The translations under genes and the position numbers were made by a program. A DNA stretch of 64,000 bases from an archaeon (lineage in GTDB: Archaea > Nanobdellota > Nanobdellia > Pacearchaeales > GW2011-AR1): positions 4,441 to 68,440 of the forward strand of contig JAUWIJ010000003.1 in the NCBI GenBank assembly GCA_030605415.1, in the 5' to 3' direction. Numbering within the stretch: the stretch's first letter is position 1; every line of letters begins with the position of its first letter. Shown in pieces: positions 7,599-17,025 of this stretch. The notes beneath the pieces were generated by a model. It worked only from the letters and a program-made list of their open reading frames with translations, was not told the origin of the DNA and searched no databases.

Positions 7599-8684
7599 TT
7601 ATAAACTTATTTGTCCACGACTATATTCATCACCCAATCTTTTCATTAGTGTTTTTACCGTTATGAATTTCCCATCAGAATCTAGACAACTTTCACGGGT
7701 AGCTCTATAGGCATTGGTGCCGGCAAAAGCAAACCCCTTGTCTAGATTTCCCTTCACCGCATTAACCAAGGCATCAATAATACAATATTGGGATTTTTTT
7801 GAATTACACGTTCGAAGACAATTCCAGCGACAATTAAAATCATATTTTTCCCCTCTATCAATTTTCTCCAGAAACGGATTTAAAATTGCTCTCCCAGGCA
7901 TTCCAACAGGACTACTAATTAGCACTATGTCTTTTTCGTCAGCCCTAAGATGTTCATTTTTAAAATTATCATGAGCATCACACTCTCTTGTCGCAACAAA
8001 TCTTGTAGCCATCTGAACTCCAGACGCACCCCACCCTCTCGCTTTTTGGATATCTCCCCCATAATAAATCCCTCCGGCAACAACAACCGGTCTGTCAAGT
8101 CCATTAGCATATTCAACAACACTTCTAGCTATACTCTCAAGTGAAGAAGCCGTTCCATTAATTAAATCATCATACTTAAAACCCAAATGTCCTCCGGCTT
8201 TTGGGCCTTCTACAATAAATACATCAGGAATTACGAAATATTTCTTTTCCCATTTTCTCGTAATTAATTTTGCAGCTCTTAAGCTGGAAACAATAACTCC
8301 GGATTTAGTTTTTCCACCTTTTAAAAATTTTGGGAAATCCAAAGGAAGTCCTCCCCCATTAATAATCAAATCGACCTCTTCTTCTACAGCCGCCTCAGCT
8401 AAATTATCATAATCACTTAATACTCTCATCAAATTTACACCAATAACGCCATCAGACATTTTACGGGCTGCGCGAATTTCATCCCTCAACGCTTTAGCAT
8501 TAGTCTTAGCATAATTCCCAGAATATCCATGCAATAATCCCAGCGCAACCCCTCCAATAATCCCAGCACCACCTTCATTCGCAACAGCACTAACCAGACG
8601 CCGACCAGAAACACCAACGCTCATACCTCCCTGAATCAAATTAATCTCCAAGTCCCCAATCTTAAAAGTAGGCAAAGCTCCCAT
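7599..8684 (-). CDS. nitronate monooxygenase / FabK-like FMN oxidoreductase family protein
   Basis: IQGGMSVGVSG..AVANEGGAGIIG and VVAGGI..G are typical of the NMO (2-nitropropane dioxygenase) TIM-barrel family. Confidence 0.7.
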   Translation of the reverse strand: MGALPTFKIGDLEINLIQGGMSVGVSGRRLVSAVANEGGAGIIGGVALGLLHGYSGNYAKTNAKALRDEIRAARKMSDGVIGVNLMRVLSDYDNLAEAAVEEEVDLIINGGGLPLDFPKFLKGGKTKSGVIVSSLRAAKLITRKWEKKYFVIPDVFIVEGPKAGGHLGFKYDDLINGTASSLESIARSVVEYANGLDRPVVVAGGIYYGGDIQKARGWGASGVQMATRFVATRECDAHDNFKNEHLRADEKDIVLISSPVGMPGRAILNPFLEKIDRGEKYDFNCRWNCLRTCNSKKSQYCIIDALVNAVKGNLDKGFAFAGTNAYRATRESCLDSDGKFITVKTLMKRLGDEYSRGQISL

Positions 8685-8729
8685 TATAATAATATATTCA
8701 GTCCACTTAAAAAACCTATAGGTAACAAA

Positions 8730-9140
8730 TTACTCTAATCCTTCCTTAACTTTTTCTTCGACACCAACATCACTTACCTCGGGCTCTTCACCAGAATCCG
8801 CAAGTTTCATCATATCTCCACTCTCAGCAATATCCTTAACCTCTTCCTTCATTGCCTGTTCTTTCTGTGCATCTGACGCTTTCGTTTCCTCAACCTTAAT
8901 TTTATCAAGACTTTCTTCCCTGCGCTTAGGCATCGGTCTACTAATAGAAATCGGCAAAACACCAGAATCAAGTTCCCTTTCCGCGATTTTCAAAGGGTCA
9001 TAATTAACACTATCCAATTCCTCTTCGCTCATATTAACCAATAAAGGTGCATCCATAGAAATTTGCAAACCCCGAGCTCCAATAATCCTCGCTCGTTCAT
9101 ATTTAGAAAATTCGTGTGATTCCATTTTACTTGAAAACAT
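8730..9140 (-). CDS. rpoK: DNA-directed RNA polymerase subunit K (Rpo6) with an acidic C-terminal extension
   Basis: SKYERARIIGARGLQISMDAPLLV is the Rpb6/RpoK core. ATG candidates are at 9140 and 9125, next to the rrp42 stop. The track start 9185 is probably too long. Confidence 0.75.
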   Translation of the reverse strand: MFSSKMESHEFSKYERARIIGARGLQISMDAPLLVNMSEEELDSVNYDPLKIAERELDSGVLPISISRPMPKRREESLDKIKVEETKASDAQKEQAMKEEVKDIAESGDMMKLADSGEEPEVSDVGVEEKVKEGLE

Positions 9141-9957
9141 ATTCCTTAATCTTAAGGAACATCTCTGTCCATTTATCTTCAGCAAGCTTTAAAATAGTTT
9201 CCATGTCCTCATCGTTGATAGTACCAGCTTTTCCTTTCTGCATAGCAGTAATCCTCGGCTCCCCTTTATTGTCACCAATAGCAATAGTCAATCTAAATTC
9301 CGAAATAGCTTCCTCATCTTTTCCAACATCTGCAACAATCTTCCCGCCAATCTTATGAAAAGTCATACTGAAAGCAGTAACTTCTTTATTTAACGGAATG
9401 CCATCTTTACTAAATCCGTCAATCTTATCTTCTTTTGCATTATAAACCGGCATTCTCGCTCGTCCAAGTGCAATCAGAGCAGCCAGTCCGGCAACATCCA
9501 ACAAATTACCATCATCATTAATTGCCATAATATCTACAAAAACTTGCCAAACCTTCTCCCCTTCCTTAATGCAAAGCTTCTTAAAATCAATAAAACCAGA
9601 CTCCCTAATTCCTCTGTCAATAACTCTGCTAAGCTCAATAGCATTAATCCCCGGTCTGCCAATATCAAACTGTTGCGAAGCCATAGGATGCAATTCCGCA
9701 CTAGTCATAAAAGTTCCCTCGTCGGGAGAATCAGGATACGGAGTAGCTACAGCCAAATGAACACCAGCATAAACCTCAGTCTTTCCAAATTTCACCTTAA
9801 CGGCAGACGCAGAATTTTCGCTAACTCCATCTTCTACAATAATCTCTCTATATTCCTCAACCGTCCGACCATCAAGTCTTTTACCTTCAGACAAATAAGC
9901 CTCGATTTTCTCTTTCTGCAAATTAGGTATAATAAAATTACTCATTGCTACCCCCAA
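9127..9957 (-). CDS. rrp42: exosome complex subunit Rrp42 (RNase PH-like, inactive)
   Basis: It has a 276-aa RNase PH fold (GKRLDGRTVEEYREI) and lies directly downstream of, and overlapping, rrp41. Confidence 0.85.
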   Translation of the reverse strand: MGVAMSNFIIPNLQKEKIEAYLSEGKRLDGRTVEEYREIIVEDGVSENSASAVKVKFGKTEVYAGVHLAVATPYPDSPDEGTFMTSAELHPMASQQFDIGRPGINAIELSRVIDRGIRESGFIDFKKLCIKEGEKVWQVFVDIMAINDDGNLLDVAGLAALIALGRARMPVYNAKEDKIDGFSKDGIPLNKEVTAFSMTFHKIGGKIVADVGKDEEAISEFRLTIAIGDNKGEPRITAMQKGKAGTINDEDMETILKLAEDKWTEMFLKIKEYVFK

Positions 9958-10657
9958 TATTCTTTAATGCTTCCATCTGAACTTTCAAAATTTCATTACA
10001 TGCCTTCTTCGCCATTTCCATAGTCTCCTTAAATTCTGGAATCGAAATCTTACCATCCAACTGCAAAAGAGCGACATTTTTAGTCCTCGAAGTAACAACA
10101 ACAGGAATATCAGTAGAACCTTCTCCCTCATGATAATCAGAATCCTCGTACTTGTCAAGATCCACAACTAAAGTCTTATCTATTTTTCCGACACCAATAG
10201 CAGAAACCATCTCCTTCATAGGAATCCCAGCATGAGCCAAAGCCATTGCGGCAGCGTTCAAACCTGCAACTCTGGTTCCCGCATCAGCTTGAGGAATTTG
10301 AATAAAAACATCAACAACAGTATTTGGAAAACCACTTAAATCAACAACCGAACTTAAAGCCCACTCGCTAACCTTCGAAATTTCCTCACTCCTTCTATTT
10401 GGACCTGGCCGAATTCTATCACTAACTGAAAAAGGCATCATCCCATACGAAACTCTTAAGATACCCGTCTGAGCATTCTGTAAATGTTGAGGATGCAAAG
10501 TTCTCGGACCCCGAACAACCGCGATAGCTCTCGTTTTCCCTGTTTCAAACATAGCCGAACCATCAGCCGACGGAACAATTCCAACCTTCGCACTCATCGG
10601 TCTAACCTCATCCATCTTCCTTCCGCTATTTCGTTTTGTATATAATCCTTTAGCCAT
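9938..10657 (-). CDS. rrp41: exosome complex exonuclease Rrp41 (RNase PH)
   Basis: GRKMDEVRPMSAKVGIVPSADGSAMFETGKT is the RNase PH N-terminal signature. Confidence 0.85.
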   Translation of the reverse strand: MAKGLYTKRNSGRKMDEVRPMSAKVGIVPSADGSAMFETGKTRAIAVVRGPRTLHPQHLQNAQTGILRVSYGMMPFSVSDRIRPGPNRRSEEISKVSEWALSSVVDLSGFPNTVVDVFIQIPQADAGTRVAGLNAAAMALAHAGIPMKEMVSAIGVGKIDKTLVVDLDKYEDSDYHEGEGSTDIPVVVTSRTKNVALLQLDGKISIPEFKETMEMAKKACNEILKVQMEALKNIGGSNE

Positions 10658-10689
10658 TTTTCAATCCTCCATCCTTTAATTTTCTAAGT

Positions 10690-10776
10690 CTACTACCAAC
10701 TACCAGAGAGGTAAAGCCTCTCGAACTACTTAGGGTCTGCCCCAACCTGTCTTTCTTTTGTATTTGTGAGGGTACC
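10690..10776 (+). repeat. GC-rich mosaic element between rrp4 and rrp41
   Basis: It contains CTACTACCAACTACC, the hairpin GAGAGG-TAAAG-CCTCTC, and GGGTCTGCCCCAACC...TTTGTATTTGTGAGGGTACC. Confidence 0.8.
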
Positions 10777-10782
10777 ACTAAC

Positions 10783-10807
10783 TGCAATGAAATTTCCGAT
10801 TTCATTG
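10783..10807 (-). terminator. 10-bp hairpin overlapping the rrp4 stop codon
   Basis: The hairpin is gcaatgaaat-ttccg-atttcattgc. Function is not established, since archaeal termination normally uses oligo-T. Confidence 0.3.
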
Positions 10808-11524
10808 CTCCCCTCCATCTGTATCTTCTGCAATGATTTCAACACTGCCAGTTTTCAAACCAAGTTCCCTAATAAAATTTTCAACTTTTTTAGTCAGACC
10901 AGCGACAGTAACATTGTCTGCAATAAACTCGATAATTTTTCTTGCGGTAACTTCACTATCAGTATCCTTTCCATAAATCCAAACCTTGCCATTTTGCCCA
11001 ACCGTAATATCACACCCAGTAGCACCTTTAATTAATTTCACCATGCTTCCTTCTTTCCCAATAATTCTGGGAACTTTATTCGGACCAACTGAAATAATCA
11101 TACCGCCACCAATTTTTCCATATCCTCTCATTTTCATTGAAACATCAACGCCCCGAGACTTGACATCCCAAACCTTAATAATTACAGATTCTCCGAAATC
11201 CAAAAATTCCTGCATCTCGTTTTTATTAATATATCGTGGCACTTCAGCAACCGGCAAAAACGCGTTCTGTGCTCCGCCGAAATCAATCAGCCACCCATTA
11301 AATGTAATATCTACAATCGTTCCAATAATTGTATTTCCACGTCGAGGATAGTAAGCCCCGGAGATAGGAGAAACTCTGACATGTTTCTCAAAAACATTAA
11401 CAATACCATACACACCTGCAACCACGTCATCACCATCTCTATAAACACCGTCGCCAGGCAAAAATTCGTTCCCGGAAACTATCGTCTCACCCGGAATAAC
11501 AATTTGTCTTTTTTCAGCTACCAT
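10802..11524 (-). CDS. rrp4: exosome complex RNA-binding subunit Rrp4 (S1 + KH)
   Basis: QIVIPGETIVSG..FLPGDGVY is the N-terminal/S1 part and GKEGSMVKLIKGATGCDITVGQNG is the KH part. The track start 11560 is TTG. The ATG at 11524 (MVAEKRQ) is preferred. Confidence 0.85.
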   Translation of the reverse strand: MVAEKRQIVIPGETIVSGNEFLPGDGVYRDGDDVVAGVYGIVNVFEKHVRVSPISGAYYPRRGNTIIGTIVDITFNGWLIDFGGAQNAFLPVAEVPRYINKNEMQEFLDFGESVIIKVWDVKSRGVDVSMKMRGYGKIGGGMIISVGPNKVPRIIGKEGSMVKLIKGATGCDITVGQNGKVWIYGKDTDSEVTARKIIEFIADNVTVAGLTKKVENFIRELGLKTGSVEIIAEDTDGGEQ

Positions 11525-11628
11525 ATTATTTTTAGATAATCTATAATTTTTTACTATCAATTTTTCTTATCTTATAATTATTTTTACAAAAAACTCTTTA
11601 TAAACTTTACTACTCAATTTTTCTAGTT

Positions 11629-11898
11629 TTAAAAATAAAAACATTCTTTAAAGTGAGAATCAATGACATTCACCAGATCAGAATTCTTAACTCTTAATTC
11701 TGCAGAGCCATCACCCCTTCCAAAAAATTTCACAATACCAAATATTGCACATTCTTCAAAATTTTCAGAACTTCCATCGTCTATTGTAAATTCAGTTCTT
11801 CCGAGATAACTATTAAGACGATATCCATTCTCTTTTAAATACGAACTCAAATTGCCTAACTCCATAGAACTTACTTCATATATTGTAGTCTTCTTCAT
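11629..11898 (-). CDS. hypothetical protein (89 aa)
   Basis: Clean ORF with a TTTTAAAG box 21-29 nt upstream of the ATG. No recognisable family. Confidence 0.4.
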   Translation of the reverse strand: MKKTTIYEVSSMELGNLSSYLKENGYRLNSYLGRTEFTIDDGSSENFEECAIFGIVKFFGRGDGSAELRVKNSDLVNVIDSHFKECFYF

Positions 11899-11950
11899 GA
11901 TAATATAATAAGAGTTCTCTTTAAAACAATTTGTATCCTAAATAATATAC

Positions 11951-12619
11951 TTATTTAATCTCCTCACTCAATACACTCCCCTGCGTCGCTCCATTAATCT
12001 TGTCATAAAAATCAAAAATCAAACCAGCCGGCATCTCAACCACAACTTCCAAATCCCCATTATCTTTCCAATTTTCCTCAATCATAAATTCTTTAACAAT
12101 ACCATAAGCTTTCCCAGTATGCAAAGCTGGAACAGTCAGCTTAACTTTTTTCATTTCAATCTTAATAGGTAATACTTTAGATAGTTGGTCCAAAATTTCA
12201 GAAACCTGCGCCTCGACGGGTTTATTTTTAACATTAACACGCGCCTCGCCTAACGCCTTCATAATTCTATCAGGTGTATATGGCCGACCCTCGGGCGATA
12301 CAGCATTGCTCGCCAAAAAATCAACAACCTGTTTATATTTAACATTATGTTCAGACTTCATCGATTCCGCCGTCCGCACAACCTCACCATCCTTAATAAT
12401 TTTCTCAGCGACCGCCATCATATCACTCGTTCCAAAAAAATTCTCCAAATCAATAACCGCAGCTTTCTCCCCCGCTTTCAAATTATGAAAAATCTCATCA
12501 GTCAAAACGGCAACCCCAAGATTTCCCTCACCCCTCCGAACTTTCATCGCCTCATCCAAATCAACAAGTATCTCAAAATTCTTCCCGCCTTTCTTTACTC
12601 GTGCCGTAGTTTGTGTCAT
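11951..12619 (-). CDS. SBDS/Sdo1 ribosome maturation protein
   Basis: ARVKKGGKNFEILVDLDEAMKVRRGEG is the SBDS N-terminal FYSH domain. The gene holds its conserved position in the exosome superoperon. Confidence 0.85.
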   Translation of the reverse strand: MTQTTARVKKGGKNFEILVDLDEAMKVRRGEGNLGVAVLTDEIFHNLKAGEKAAVIDLENFFGTSDMMAVAEKIIKDGEVVRTAESMKSEHNVKYKQVVDFLASNAVSPEGRPYTPDRIMKALGEARVNVKNKPVEAQVSEILDQLSKVLPIKIEMKKVKLTVPALHTGKAYGIVKEFMIEENWKDNGDLEVVVEMPAGLIFDFYDKINGATQGSVLSEEIK

Positions 12620-12653
12620 ATTATAATTAAAAGTTTTATGTTTAAATAGTTAT

Positions 12654-12950
12654 TTAATGATTTAAAATTAAATCAGAATCATCACGAAAATTATTATAGG
12701 AAGGAGATTTATTCCATTTTTCTATTTTTGCTATCCCATATATAGACAAGCATGTAATTGGAGATATTAAAGTAGCATATACTGCTAGTGCTTTAGGCTT
12801 CCACCCTTTTTGCTGTAAAGCATGAGGTATTCTTTTTCCATTTAATTCAACAATCCTAGCTAAATCACTATTTTCAAATTTTCTTCCACTAGAACTATAA
12901 TTAACTTTTTTAGAAAATTCCAAGTCATTAATATATTTTCTCAGTCCCAT
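12654..12950 (-). CDS. hypothetical protein (98 aa)
   Basis: ORF with its own TATA at 12972-12980. No family recognised. Confidence 0.4.
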   Translation of the reverse strand: MGLRKYINDLEFSKKVNYSSSGRKFENSDLARIVELNGKRIPHALQQKGWKPKALAVYATLISPITCLSIYGIAKIEKWNKSPSYNNFRDDSDLILNH

Positions 12951-12971
12951 AAAACTTCAAACTAAATTTAC

Positions 12972-12980
12972 TTTATAAAA
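12972..12980 (-). promoter_or_regulatory. TATA-like box for 12654..12950
   Basis: TTTTATAAA on the minus strand, 22-30 nt upstream of ATG 12950. Confidence 0.45.
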
Positions 12981-13033
12981 ATTATTACACTACACTTTTA
13001 ATTCCTCAGCGCGAAAACAGAGCGCAAAAAATT

Positions 13034-13064
13034 ACTACCAACTACCAACTACCCACTACCAACT
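13034..13064 (+). repeat. (ACTACCA)-type heptamer array abutting the psmA stop
   Basis: The sequence actaccaactaccaactacccactaccaacta was read directly. Confidence 0.85.
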
Positions 13065-13758
13065 ATTCCAATTCCTTTCCACTAACTTTCTTAATCTTTC
13101 CCTTACTCAAAATCCCAGCATCAAATCTATCAACATTAAAATCATCTCCCTGAATTTCCTTAAATATTTCCAAAGCCAGCTTAATTCCCTCTTTTAAACT
13201 CATTCCTTCTCGGTATTTTTCTCGCAACAATTTCTTAATAGCGTCGTCATTTTCACCAATAGCATTTGCTTTATATTTTAAGTAGTTGCCGGTAATATCT
13301 GTCGTATACAAAACCGGTTTTCCATTAAACCCCGCAAACATCATCGAAACGCCGAACGGTCTTGCCCCGCCATATTGTGTAAACTGTTGCTTAACATCAG
13401 CAATATCCCGAACAATAGATTCCGTGCTCGGAGCCGAGCCATAAGTCACCCAGTGCTGTTGCGCCAAAATTCTCGCTCTCTCAATCAAAACTCTCGCGTC
13501 AGAACTAATTCCCGCCGACACCGCAATAATATGCTCGTCAATTTCATTAATTTTATTTGCCGATTCTTCGATTATTAGAATATCCTTTTTTCGTCTGTCT
13601 GAAACAATCACGACGCTATCTTTGCAAACAATTCCAATCGAAGCAGAGCCAAGTCTAATCGTCTTCTCCGCGTATTCTACTTGCAAAATATGTCCATCAG
13701 GCGCAAACATTGTCGCCGCCCGGTCATATCCCATTTGCTGGTGCTGTATATCGTCCAT
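13063..13758 (-). CDS. psmA: proteasome subunit alpha
   Basis: YDRAATMFAPDGHILQVEYAEKTI is the canonical alpha-subunit N-terminus. Confidence 0.9.
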   Translation of the reverse strand: MDDIQHQQMGYDRAATMFAPDGHILQVEYAEKTIRLGSASIGIVCKDSVVIVSDRRKKDILIIEESANKINEIDEHIIAVSAGISSDARVLIERARILAQQHWVTYGSAPSTESIVRDIADVKQQFTQYGGARPFGVSMMFAGFNGKPVLYTTDITGNYLKYKANAIGENDDAIKKLLREKYREGMSLKEGIKLALEIFKEIQGDDFNVDRFDAGILSKGKIKKVSGKELE

Positions 13759-13858
13759 TTTTGTTTATCGAAAATGGTGTGAAGGTTTTGCAAACCTACT
13801 CCCATATTATAAATTGAAAACTTACCTTAATAAAATTTGTTATACTCCATTTTTAAAA

Positions 13859-14233
13859 CTATCTTTTCAACCCCTTCAATGTCCCGCTAACTTTTTCAAT
13901 CTTAATTCCCGCCAAAGCCAACGCCGCTCTAACATCCTCCAACGATTTCACTAAACAACTACCAATAATAAATTCCCGTTCCCCCTCCCCCGTCCCCCTC
14001 TGAAATCTGAGTTCTGAGTTCTGAGTTCTGGACTTCCCGTCCACCGAGTTCTGAGAGCGAAGCGGTCTGAGTTCTGAGTTCTGAATTTCCATATAAGCCG
14101 ACTTCGCAAATCCAAGTGTTCCAACATATTCCAAAATCGCAGATTCAACTTTCGCGTTACTTGCTTTAACTAAAAAATACCTTCTCTTATCTCGAGCCGA
14201 CGGTTTAAGTTTTAGCTTTTTTATTTTTACCAT
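13859..14233 (-). CDS. RNase P protein component 2 (Pop5/Rnp2) interrupted in frame by a ~37-codon repeat element
   Basis: LKPSARDKRRYFLVK is the Pop5 N-terminus, and the gene holds its superoperon position next to psmA. The ATG is at 14233 (the track start 14260 is GTG). Confidence 0.7.
   Translation of the reverse strand: MVKIKKLKLKPSARDKRRYFLVKASNAKVESAILEYVGTLGFAKSAYMEIQNSELRPLRSQNSVDGKSRTQNSELRFQRGTGEGEREFIIGSCLVKSLEDVRAALALAGIKIEKVSGTLKGLKR
13977..14088 (+). repeat. GAGTTCT-type element inside the Pop5 CDS
   Basis: It shares an identical 31-mer (ccccgtccccctctgaaatctgagttctgag) and an identical 28-mer (ctggacttcccgtccaccgagttctgag) with revcomp of intergenic 17367-17490. Confidence 0.9.
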
Positions 14234-16991
14234 GTTTCTTATTTTTTCTTTTTTTACCACGTTTTTTCTTAGACTTCAAAGTTTTTAACTTCTTCCTATT
14301 TAATCTAATAACAACTGCAAGAACCGAAATCAAAACAATAACCAAAATAACTACCACCCAAAAATAATCTTTAACCACTAAAATTTCAGTTTCAACAATT
14401 CCACTATCCATTGTGTGATAAATATTTTCTTCTTTATTACTCTCATCAACCTCAACCTCTTTTACAATCTCTTCAAAAATTCGCATCACGCTAATATTCG
14501 CCTTGCTATATTTAATTTCATTTAGCTTAACATAAAAATCATAATAGTTTGGAGAACTTAAATTTAATTTTATTTCTTCGCCAACGGTCAGTGTCAAATA
14601 AATAGGTTCACTCTCAACTATAATATCGACTGAGTTAGATTCAACTTTTAAAACTTTCAACGAATGTTTACCTGAAGCCAATCCAAAACTAATCTTATCT
14701 TTTGCTTTCAATTTAACAGAGTAGCCAGAAATCATTTCTGAATTATCTACAGAATATATTTTTATGCTAGAGCTACCTCCACTTGAACTTGAAATAACAG
14801 GAGGTGAATTTATTGTAAATGAAATTGTGGAAGAATTCCCAACGTTCCCTGCACCGTCAGTGCAATTGACATAAGCATTATGGGTCGCAACATTTAGACC
14901 GGAAACAGAAATAAGATTTGTGCCGGAATTGTTAATAGCACTTGTATTCAAAGTTCCATTGCCATCAACATAAACACTGCAATTAGAAACAGGATTTGAA
15001 TCGGAAACATCAAAGCTAAATTCAATAGTGGTAGATGTTCCATCCGCAACCCCAGACAAATTAATTAGCGGTGGCGTTGTATCATAAATTATTGTAAAAT
15101 TATTTTCTGCCGAAGAATTATAAGAGGCATTATTAATCCCCAAACAATTCCAGAGATAATTATCTTCTTCTATAAAAGTCCAGTTAAAAATCGTCCCGTT
15201 ACTTATTCCGTTAATATTTTTAGTAGTTGTATTAATTAAATCCCCCGTCGAATTCCACAAATAAAAAGTTACATTAGAAAGATTATGAATTCCCTCAGAA
15301 GTCAAGTTACAAACAAAATCAGTTTCATTAACATTGGTATAACTGTTATTTTCTGGACTAGTCAGATTTACAACAACACCCCCAATGGTTAAAGTATAAT
15401 TAGCCGCATTTCCCAAATTCCCCTCGACATCACTAACTAAACAATTCCATAAATAAGTTCCTTCGGACATATTATCCAAATCAAAACTCGTTTCATTCGC
15501 AGTCCCAGTCAAATTATTCGTTGCATTACAATAAAGCCCCATAGAATTCCAAACCTTCAAGGTTACATTCGCTAACTGCCAATCCGTCGCATTGCAAATA
15601 AAAGTCTGATTAACGGTTAAATTAATATGATTATCAGTAGGAGAAACTAAGATTACATTTGGAGCATCAATATCTAAAGAAAGAATGGCAGAATATACAT
15701 CTATCCGGGAAAAGTTGTTAGAGCTTTCGTTAAATTGTACTCCTGTGTCATATAATACATCTTCAACTTCGGATGGGGTTTTTGTTTGTCCGCTCAAACT
15801 TAAATATTGATTAATTATTGCAATTGCTCCAGCAACCATTGGAGTTGCCATTGAAGTGCCGGACATCTCCGAATAATTTTTAGAATATCCCCAACCATTT
15901 AGATAGACATCTCCAAGGGGCATTGTTGAGTTAATTAAATGACCAGGAGCAAATAATTTTGTTATAAAATTCCTATTAGAAAAATCTGAGATATTATCAT
16001 CTTTATTAACCGAAGAAATAGGTGTCGCGTTTTGAATACACGCAGGAGAAGAAATAGCACTATCCCAATTTTCATTTCCTGTTGCAACTACCACTGAAAT
16101 ATTATTAACGACCGCATTATTGATTCTTTCTGTAAAAAGATCTCTGCCACAACCAGCAGAAATATCAAATGTATCACAATATGAAGGATATCCCTCAATA
16201 GTTTCATTACACCCAAGACTCATACTTATAACAGAAATATTATTAATAAGTGAATTATTTATACACCAATCGATTCCAGCTATCACATCACTTGTATAGC
16301 CATTTCCATTAACATCTAAAACCTTAATTCCAATGAGATTCGTTTCTCTGGCAATTCCGAAGATTTCTCCACTAGCCCCGACGATTCCTGCAACATGAGT
16401 GCCATGTCCGTTATCATCAGTAATAGAACAATTTTCAACACACCCCTCTCCAGAAATACAATCAATATTACAAGTTAAATTCTTTTCAGTCAAATCTGGA
16501 TGTGAAAAATCAACCCCCGTATCAATTACACAAACTGTTTGAGTCACCCCAGTTAAATTTATTCCTAAAACTTTCAATGACCACGTCAAACTTGCATTTG
16601 TAATATCAATAGATTCTTTCAAAAAGGATTTGACAGGATAATCATATGAAATTTGTTTTATATTCTTTTTTTCTATTAATTTTTCAATATCTCTCTTTGT
16701 TAAATCAGCAGAAAACATTCCTTTAAATTGATGTCTTATTTTTTCTTTTCCAATTTCCTCAACTATTTTCTCTTTTAGATTATTTAGACTTAAATCTTTA
16801 AAATTTGAGACATCTTCATCCTTAACATCTTCATCCAACCTAACAATAACTCTTACTTTTTCTTCCCCAGAATTAAATTTTTCCAAAATATTTTTATCAA
16901 TTTTTCCTTCAAAATCTTTTTCAGAAAAACCAATTTCCAAACCAAATACAAAAACAAACAGAATAAGAACTATAATCAACCTTTTTTTCAT
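14205..16991 (-). CDS. subtilisin-like serine protease (S8), secreted, with a C-terminal TM anchor
   Basis: The catalytic triad contexts are VCVIDTGVDFSHPD, HGTHVAGIV and SGTSMATPMVAG. It has a signal peptide, a propeptide-like N-terminus, and a long N-x-S/T-rich repeat region. The TM is followed by a KKKRGKKRKNKK tail. Confidence 0.9.
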   Translation of the reverse strand: MKKRLIIVLILFVFVFGLEIGFSEKDFEGKIDKNILEKFNSGEEKVRVIVRLDEDVKDEDVSNFKDLSLNNLKEKIVEEIGKEKIRHQFKGMFSADLTKRDIEKLIEKKNIKQISYDYPVKSFLKESIDITNASLTWSLKVLGINLTGVTQTVCVIDTGVDFSHPDLTEKNLTCNIDCISGEGCVENCSITDDNGHGTHVAGIVGASGEIFGIARETNLIGIKVLDVNGNGYTSDVIAGIDWCINNSLINNISVISMSLGCNETIEGYPSYCDTFDISAGCGRDLFTERINNAVVNNISVVVATGNENWDSAISSPACIQNATPISSVNKDDNISDFSNRNFITKLFAPGHLINSTMPLGDVYLNGWGYSKNYSEMSGTSMATPMVAGAIAIINQYLSLSGQTKTPSEVEDVLYDTGVQFNESSNNFSRIDVYSAILSLDIDAPNVILVSPTDNHINLTVNQTFICNATDWQLANVTLKVWNSMGLYCNATNNLTGTANETSFDLDNMSEGTYLWNCLVSDVEGNLGNAANYTLTIGGVVVNLTSPENNSYTNVNETDFVCNLTSEGIHNLSNVTFYLWNSTGDLINTTTKNINGISNGTIFNWTFIEEDNYLWNCLGINNASYNSSAENNFTIIYDTTPPLINLSGVADGTSTTIEFSFDVSDSNPVSNCSVYVDGNGTLNTSAINNSGTNLISVSGLNVATHNAYVNCTDGAGNVGNSSTISFTINSPPVISSSSGGSSSIKIYSVDNSEMISGYSVKLKAKDKISFGLASGKHSLKVLKVESNSVDIIVESEPIYLTLTVGEEIKLNLSSPNYYDFYVKLNEIKYSKANISVMRIFEEIVKEVEVDESNKEENIYHTMDSGIVETEILVVKDYFWVVVILVIVLISVLAVVIRLNRKKLKTLKSKKKRGKKRKNKKHGKNKKAKT

Positions 16992-17025
16992 GTTAATAAC
17001 TGAGAAAAATTATATATAAATATTC

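Noticed and set aside
5119-11351. Numerous long + strand ORFs inside minus-strand genes, for example 5119..5457, 7088..7558, 9544..10023, 10986..11351 and 28728..29123. Similar ORFs, on whichever strand is opposite or in another frame of the real gene, occur later at 47322..47684, 51895..52389, 56314..56832 and 60549..61286, and at 18251..18745 inside rnj.
   Set aside because: Each lies opposite to, or in another frame of, a gene with strong family signatures. Their translations are low-complexity (Ser/Phe/Asn/Leu-rich), as expected from AT-rich antisense frames.
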